DNA from: the human T2T-CHM13v2.0 reference genome, Homo sapiens
Strand: one strand, 5' to 3'
DNA length: 64,000 bases
Assembly (NCBI RefSeq): GCF_009914755.1
Contig: NC_060938.1
Within the stretch, counting starts at the first letter, position 1. Each line of letters starts with the position of its first letter. A model generated the notes under the pieces. That model was not told the origin of the DNA. It made no database searches and saw only the letters and a list, made by a program, of their open reading frames with translations. Below are positions 58,449-64,000 of the stretch, in pieces. The position numbers and the translations under genes were made by a program.

Positions 58449-58572
58449 AGGTAGGACATATGAGCATGTCTGGGACTGTCTCAGTTTGCTCCTGTCTACC
58501 CAGTTGTATGTCCTGGCTAATGCCCCTTTTTATTCTCAAAAGTTTTCTCGTGTAAGCCATGTGGTTACCTTA
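58449..58572. mobile_element. MER94-like hAT-Blackjack MITE
   Basis: gggactgtctcagttt...cccctttt.ttctcaaaagt...tggttacct. Confidence 0.5.
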
Positions 58573-58763
58573 GATATAAGTAACATTTTAAGGAACTAGA
58601 GATGTTCAAACAGAAAATAACATTCTTGCTTACATGTATAACATATGTATGTGTTGACATAATAAACATAGACACACATACATATCTTTATATACACACA
58701 GGCATATGGACACACACACATATATCTATATACCTATTTTTCTTTTACCATTATAGACACAAT

Positions 58764-59828
58764 TGTGTCCAGAATTGGTGGGTTCTTGGTCTCGCTGACT
58801 TCAAGAATGAAGCTGTGGACCCTCACGGTGAGTGTTAGTTCTTAAAGATGGTGCATCCGGAGTTTGTTCCTTCTGATGTTCGGACATGTCTGGAGTTTCT
58901 TCCTTCTGGAGGGTTCGTGGTCTCGCTGACTTCAGGAGTGAAGCTGCAGACCTTCGCGGTGAGTGTTATAGCTCATACAGGCGGCGCGTCCAGAGTTGTT
59001 TGTTCTTCCAGGTGAGTTCGTGCTCTCCAGGGCTTCAGGAGCGAAGCTGCAGACCTTCACGGTGAGTGTTACAGCTCATAAAGGCGGTGCGGACCCAAAG
59101 AGTGAGCAGCAGCAAGATTTATTGCAAAGAGCGAAAAAAGAAAGCTTCCACAGTGTTGAAGGGGACCCGAGTGGGTTGCGGGTGCTGGCTGGGGCAGCCT
59201 GCTTTTATTCGCTTATCTGACCCCACCCACATCCTGCTGATTGGTCCATTTTACAGAGGGCCGATTGGTCCGTTTTGACAGGGTGCTGAGTGGTGCCTTT
59301 ACAAACCTTTAGCTAGGCACTGAGGGCTGATTGGTGCGTTTACAATCCTTTAGCTAGTCAGAAAAGTTCTCCAAGTCCCCACCCAACCAGAAGCCCAGCC
59401 TGCTTCACCTCTCACTAGCACTCTCCAGGGGACTTTGTGGCACCTAGTCTGGGCAGTCCGGCAGCCCAGAGGGAGTCATCCCAGACAACCAAGAGGAAAA
59501 GAGGGAAAGGGAGAAAGAGACAAGAGACCCGCCATCGTGGACAATCAGGACCTAGCCACCGATCAAGCCCAGCAGGCTCCACGCGGCACCCACCCGGAAG
59601 CCCCACCTGTCCGCCAGGGCCGCTCACAGCCCCGGTTCCCACCCGCGCCTGTCCCTCCACACCTCCTCCGGAGCAGAAGGAGCCGGCTCTGTCCTCGGCC
59701 AGCCCCAGAGAGGGCCCCCCACAGCGCAGCGGCGGGCTGAAGGGCTCCTCAAGCGCGGCCAGAGCAGATGCCGAGGCAGAGGAGGCGCCAAGAGTGAGCT
59801 AGGGCTGCTGGCAGGTTGTCACCTCTCA
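58764..59828 (-). mobile_element. LTR12-family (HERV9) solo LTR with CpG-rich U3
   Basis: tgtgtccagaattggtggg...tgtcacctctca termini; exact TSD CAAT (58760-58763 and 59829-59832); CCAAT repeats at about 59235-59335. Confidence 0.95.
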
Positions 59829-60127
59829 CAATGAATAGAACTAAGCCACTGTGTAGGAAACAAAGGATGATTCCTTACTCTAAGGAGAAAATACATACAA
59901 TTCTTTCTTTGGGCCACTTTTTTGGGAGATGACTTCACTGTTTTAGGCCATCAATTTTACATTTATATTTGGCGGGGCTAATGTAATGGAATAAAGTCCC
60001 CCAGAAATCTAGGATGACTTTTAAAGTCTACCTTTTATGATTCCACGTGACTGGAATAATAGAAGCAATTTTGAAAATAATTAAAAGACATTTGGATATT
60101 CTGTAGAGTAAGTGATGGGCATTACAG

Positions 60128-60645
<518 letters not shown>

Positions 60646-60664
60646 TAAACAATATCCATCAGTT

Positions 60665-61167
60665 TGTTACCAAAACACCAGGGGTTTGGTCTAAGTTCTC
60701 CTGCTTTCCACACAGAAAGCCAATTAGGAGACAACGAGAATTCTCGGGGAACAAAGGCTTTATTTAATTGGGTGCCGCGCAGCTGAGGCGATGCAAGATC
60801 AGTCTCAAATCCATTTCCCTGATCTACTAAAACTGGGAGTTTATGTAGTGGGGGAGGAATAAAACTATATGTGGGTAAACAGGAATTAGAGAGGGCTAAG
60901 GAAGAGGAGTTGGTCAACAGGAAGCAGGTGGTTGGATAGGCAATCACGATGAGTGAGGGGTATGGTGTCTCATTGTCCGGATGCTGTGATCTGGTAAGTT
61001 TCACTTCCTTGATACTATGTAGGGGGCATGAGGGTTGGTTTCCTGAGAAAGGAACTCAGACAAGACAAATGTAATATTTTTAATTTTAAGACTGGGAGGG
61101 TAAATTTGTATGTTTATTCAAAAGAAACCATAAACTTCAGTTCAATGGGATCATTGAGCCAGTTTCA
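60665..61167 (-). mobile_element. ERV1 (MER4-group, LTR54-like) solo LTR
   Basis: TGTTACC...GTTTCA termini, about 500 bp, AATAAA on - near 60760; near-TSD agtt/aatt. Confidence 0.75.
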
Positions 61168-62249
61168 AATTTACAAGGACTGCTCATATTAATACCCGTA
61201 GCTGTGATGTATTAAGAGTACTTAGTAATGTTCTGCACTGGGCAACAGAGCTCTCTGTGGGTCACTGTTGACATTTTGAACTTTGATCTCTTATAGCAGG
61301 CTGCTTCTCGTGGGGTCACACAGTAAGGTTAGTTAAAAGAAAGTCAAAAGACTATATTACTTAAAGTTTTCTTAGATATGGAAGCAAATAATTAAATGAA
61401 ACACCAACAAACTCTCTTGTATAAAAACAACTTGGCTTCAGTGCTTTCATATCCCATGCTAAACTGCGTCTGAGGTCATTCCTGAATAACATGAGCTTAG
61501 AGATACCTGTTTTATCAGGTGCTCTTCTCTATTTTAGAAAACAACAACAGTAACAACAACAAAAACTCAAGAAACAGGAATGCAAGCTCTACATTTTGTT
61601 AAACTAAGGACATTTCTTACTCGTAACAATCAGATATAAAAAAGTGCTGCCACAGGGGCAAGAATGATGCTCAGAAGGTCTTTAATGGCTACAAATCTTG
61701 GATTAAGCTGACTGAGCAGTTCTTACACCGAGAAGCAAAACAACAACCTTTTGTTTCAAGAAACAGGTATGTGTTTCAGGCTGAAAGCTTCATATGATTT
61801 TTTTTTCCCATGGGTACCAGGGAAGGAAGAGTAAATGCAGTGGAAATGTGGCGTGGAAGGAGATCCTATATTATATGTAGGACTACAGCTCTAAATCTCT
61901 TTTTAATGGGAAGAAATAAAGTTAAGGCATCCTGGACATTCAGACAATCCTATATTATAACCCAGGGAGAATTCTTGCTAGTTTGTAATATTACTTTAGT
62001 TCCTGTCTAATAAGAATGTGAAAAATGCTGATACAGAAAGATTTCTTTGCATTCAAAGACAAGTTATTATCAAAAAAGGAGCCAATGCAAATATACTACA
62101 CGGAGAAAGGAAGGAAAAGGCAAGACTGAAACATATGCAAAAATAAATGGACAAAGAAAACTCATGGAAAAATTTGTCAGTGATCCAGTAAACTGTGATT
62201 AAATATACCAGTGTGAATGAGTACAACTCAATGAAACCATCAAAAATTC

Positions 62250-63420
62250 ATGGCAGAGAAACAAAAGCCTAGGGAGATATGGTGCCACCACAGGCATAGA
62301 AATAGCATGAGAAACAGGAGCCAGGAAATACTTAGAGGATAAAAATAAAATAATCATAGGAAGTTAACATTGACAGTAACGCAGTGACATATATGAAAAG
62401 AAATATTATGGAAATATAATGACAGTCATGAAGGGCAAGATTGAAAAACATGAGTGGAAAGGAATGGAAATGAGCAAATTTTAAAGGGTTTGAAATAAAC
62501 AAGTATGTATGGAAGACAAATTATCCTATATTAAATATAATTAATGTCCCTGAAGAAATAAACCTAACAATTGGAAGGGAAAATAAACATCTAACAACGT
62601 ATTTCAAGGAGAAATTTCACAAATAAAAGACTTGAATTCATAGGTTCAAATGATATATTATGTCCTAGGGAAAAAATTCATGCAGAATGATTAACAGACA
62701 AGTCTGGTGATGATTTTGTCAAATATTAAGAAAATTATTTTTAGTACCCAGGCAAAGTGAGTGTAACACCAGGGGGGAAATAACAGTGCCAGCTATCGTT
62801 TTTAAAATACACATCCCATGTAGGATGTGGAGTAATGTCCCTAAATTTCTCAGCAAAAATGCCTAAAAATGTTATGCACACCTAAATCGCCATTCAAATA
62901 TGAATGATATATGTATAAAGTTTTTACATGTGCAAGAAATTAAAGGAATGGAATATCCATAGACTCTTTTTGAAGAAAACTGTTCCTTGGCCAAAGAGGA
63001 GAAAACTGAATAAACAATGACGAAAGGACTGGTAGCCAGCCTTGAATTCATGTCCTGAAAGGGAGAGATGGAAACAAATATGTGAATTATTCGTATTGTA
63101 CAGAAGAATTTAAATGTCTTCTATGATGACAATGTAAAAATAATATAACTAATAAAGAAAGTGAGAGAAGGAGGAATTAGAAGAGGTATGATATATGAGT
63201 AGATTTTCTCCATTCTTCATAGCCAGGGATTAAAATATATGACTTACAATTGATTCATCAAGTAGCCAAGCTATAAATATGCTTGAAGATACAAAGTAAA
63301 TACTGGAACAACTAAGAAAGAATAATACAAAATTAAGTAGTGAAAAAGGGAGAAAAGAGGTGGGAAAAAGTGGAAATATGCAAATTTTATTATTGTTCAC
63401 AATAAAAAGCCAATAAATAT
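62250..63420 (+). mobile_element. HAL1 / ancient L1 ORF1-like remnant
   Basis: Degenerate ORF1-like A-rich sequence (gtccctgaagaa...gacttgaatt...cagaatgattaaca). Confidence 0.55.
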
Positions 63421-64000
63421 GCCAAACCATTCCTGGGCACTCACCCTCATTCTGCCCCTACTTCCTACCTATAATAAAACCCACACCCAGCTTTGCTCCT
63501 GCCAGTCAGTCAGACCAGCTTGAACTTGCCTTACTCTTCCCAGAAAGTCCAGTTGTATAAGTAAAAAATCTTTTCATATTATTTTGGTGTATGCAGCATC
63601 ATGGGTCCCAATATACTTTGAATATTTTTAAATATTTCTGAACATTGAACATTGCTAACTATAATGATTATACAATTATGTTTTATTTTCCATATTAACT
63701 ACTTCTTCAAGGGTTCATTCTTCTGTTCTTTTAACTGGATATTTACATTGCATCCATTGGTTTCCTTATATATTGTAGAATCTTCATTGTCTGTCTTTAT
63801 TAATGAGGACTTAGAATGAATACTATTGACAGCTGAAGTATCATCAGCATAAGTATAATTTCTTCCTACAGTAATGAATTCAGATTATAATCGTAGAAAT
63901 CTTCATTCTGATTATTGGGAAGGAGAGGGTTGCATGAGATTTTCTAATTGTCAATTTTCTATAGGATGTTGAGGCAGTTTACTTTATTGGTGCAGGCTGT

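Noticed and set aside
59415-59802. Arg/Pro-rich ORFs
   Set aside because: GC-rich LTR12 U3 sequence.

Overview
AT-rich primate (probably human or great-ape) genomic DNA, intergenic or deep intronic, and made mostly of interspersed repeats. These are old and young LINE-1s (L1MA/MB/MC/ME, L1PA13-, L1PA4- and L1PA2-like), Alus, MIR/L2, hAT MITEs, a full-length THE1C MaLR provirus and several solo LTRs (THE1, LTR22, LTR27, LTR47, MER52, two LTR12, LTR54-like, MLT1). No intact protein-coding gene, RNA gene or prokaryotic-type system is supported, and nearly all ORFs in the track are repeat-derived or chance. The signals not explained by plain repeat annotation are: (i) two poly(A)-tailed, AATAAA-bearing inserts of mostly non-TE DNA that split older L1s (about 14689-15261 and 28004-29164), the second headed by an Alu and possibly an Alu-linked 3' transduction or retrocopy; (ii) an Alu carrying a short extra sequence and a second A-tail inside its TSD; (iii) a splice-bounded 183-nt minus-strand exon-like segment with a single in-frame TGA, plus other candidate exons, which may belong to a disabled gene or lncRNA; (iv) a fold-back inverted duplication in an L1 ORF1; (v) a CpG-rich LTR12. 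Subfamily names come from recalled consensus sequences, not from a database search, and old-element boundaries are approximate.
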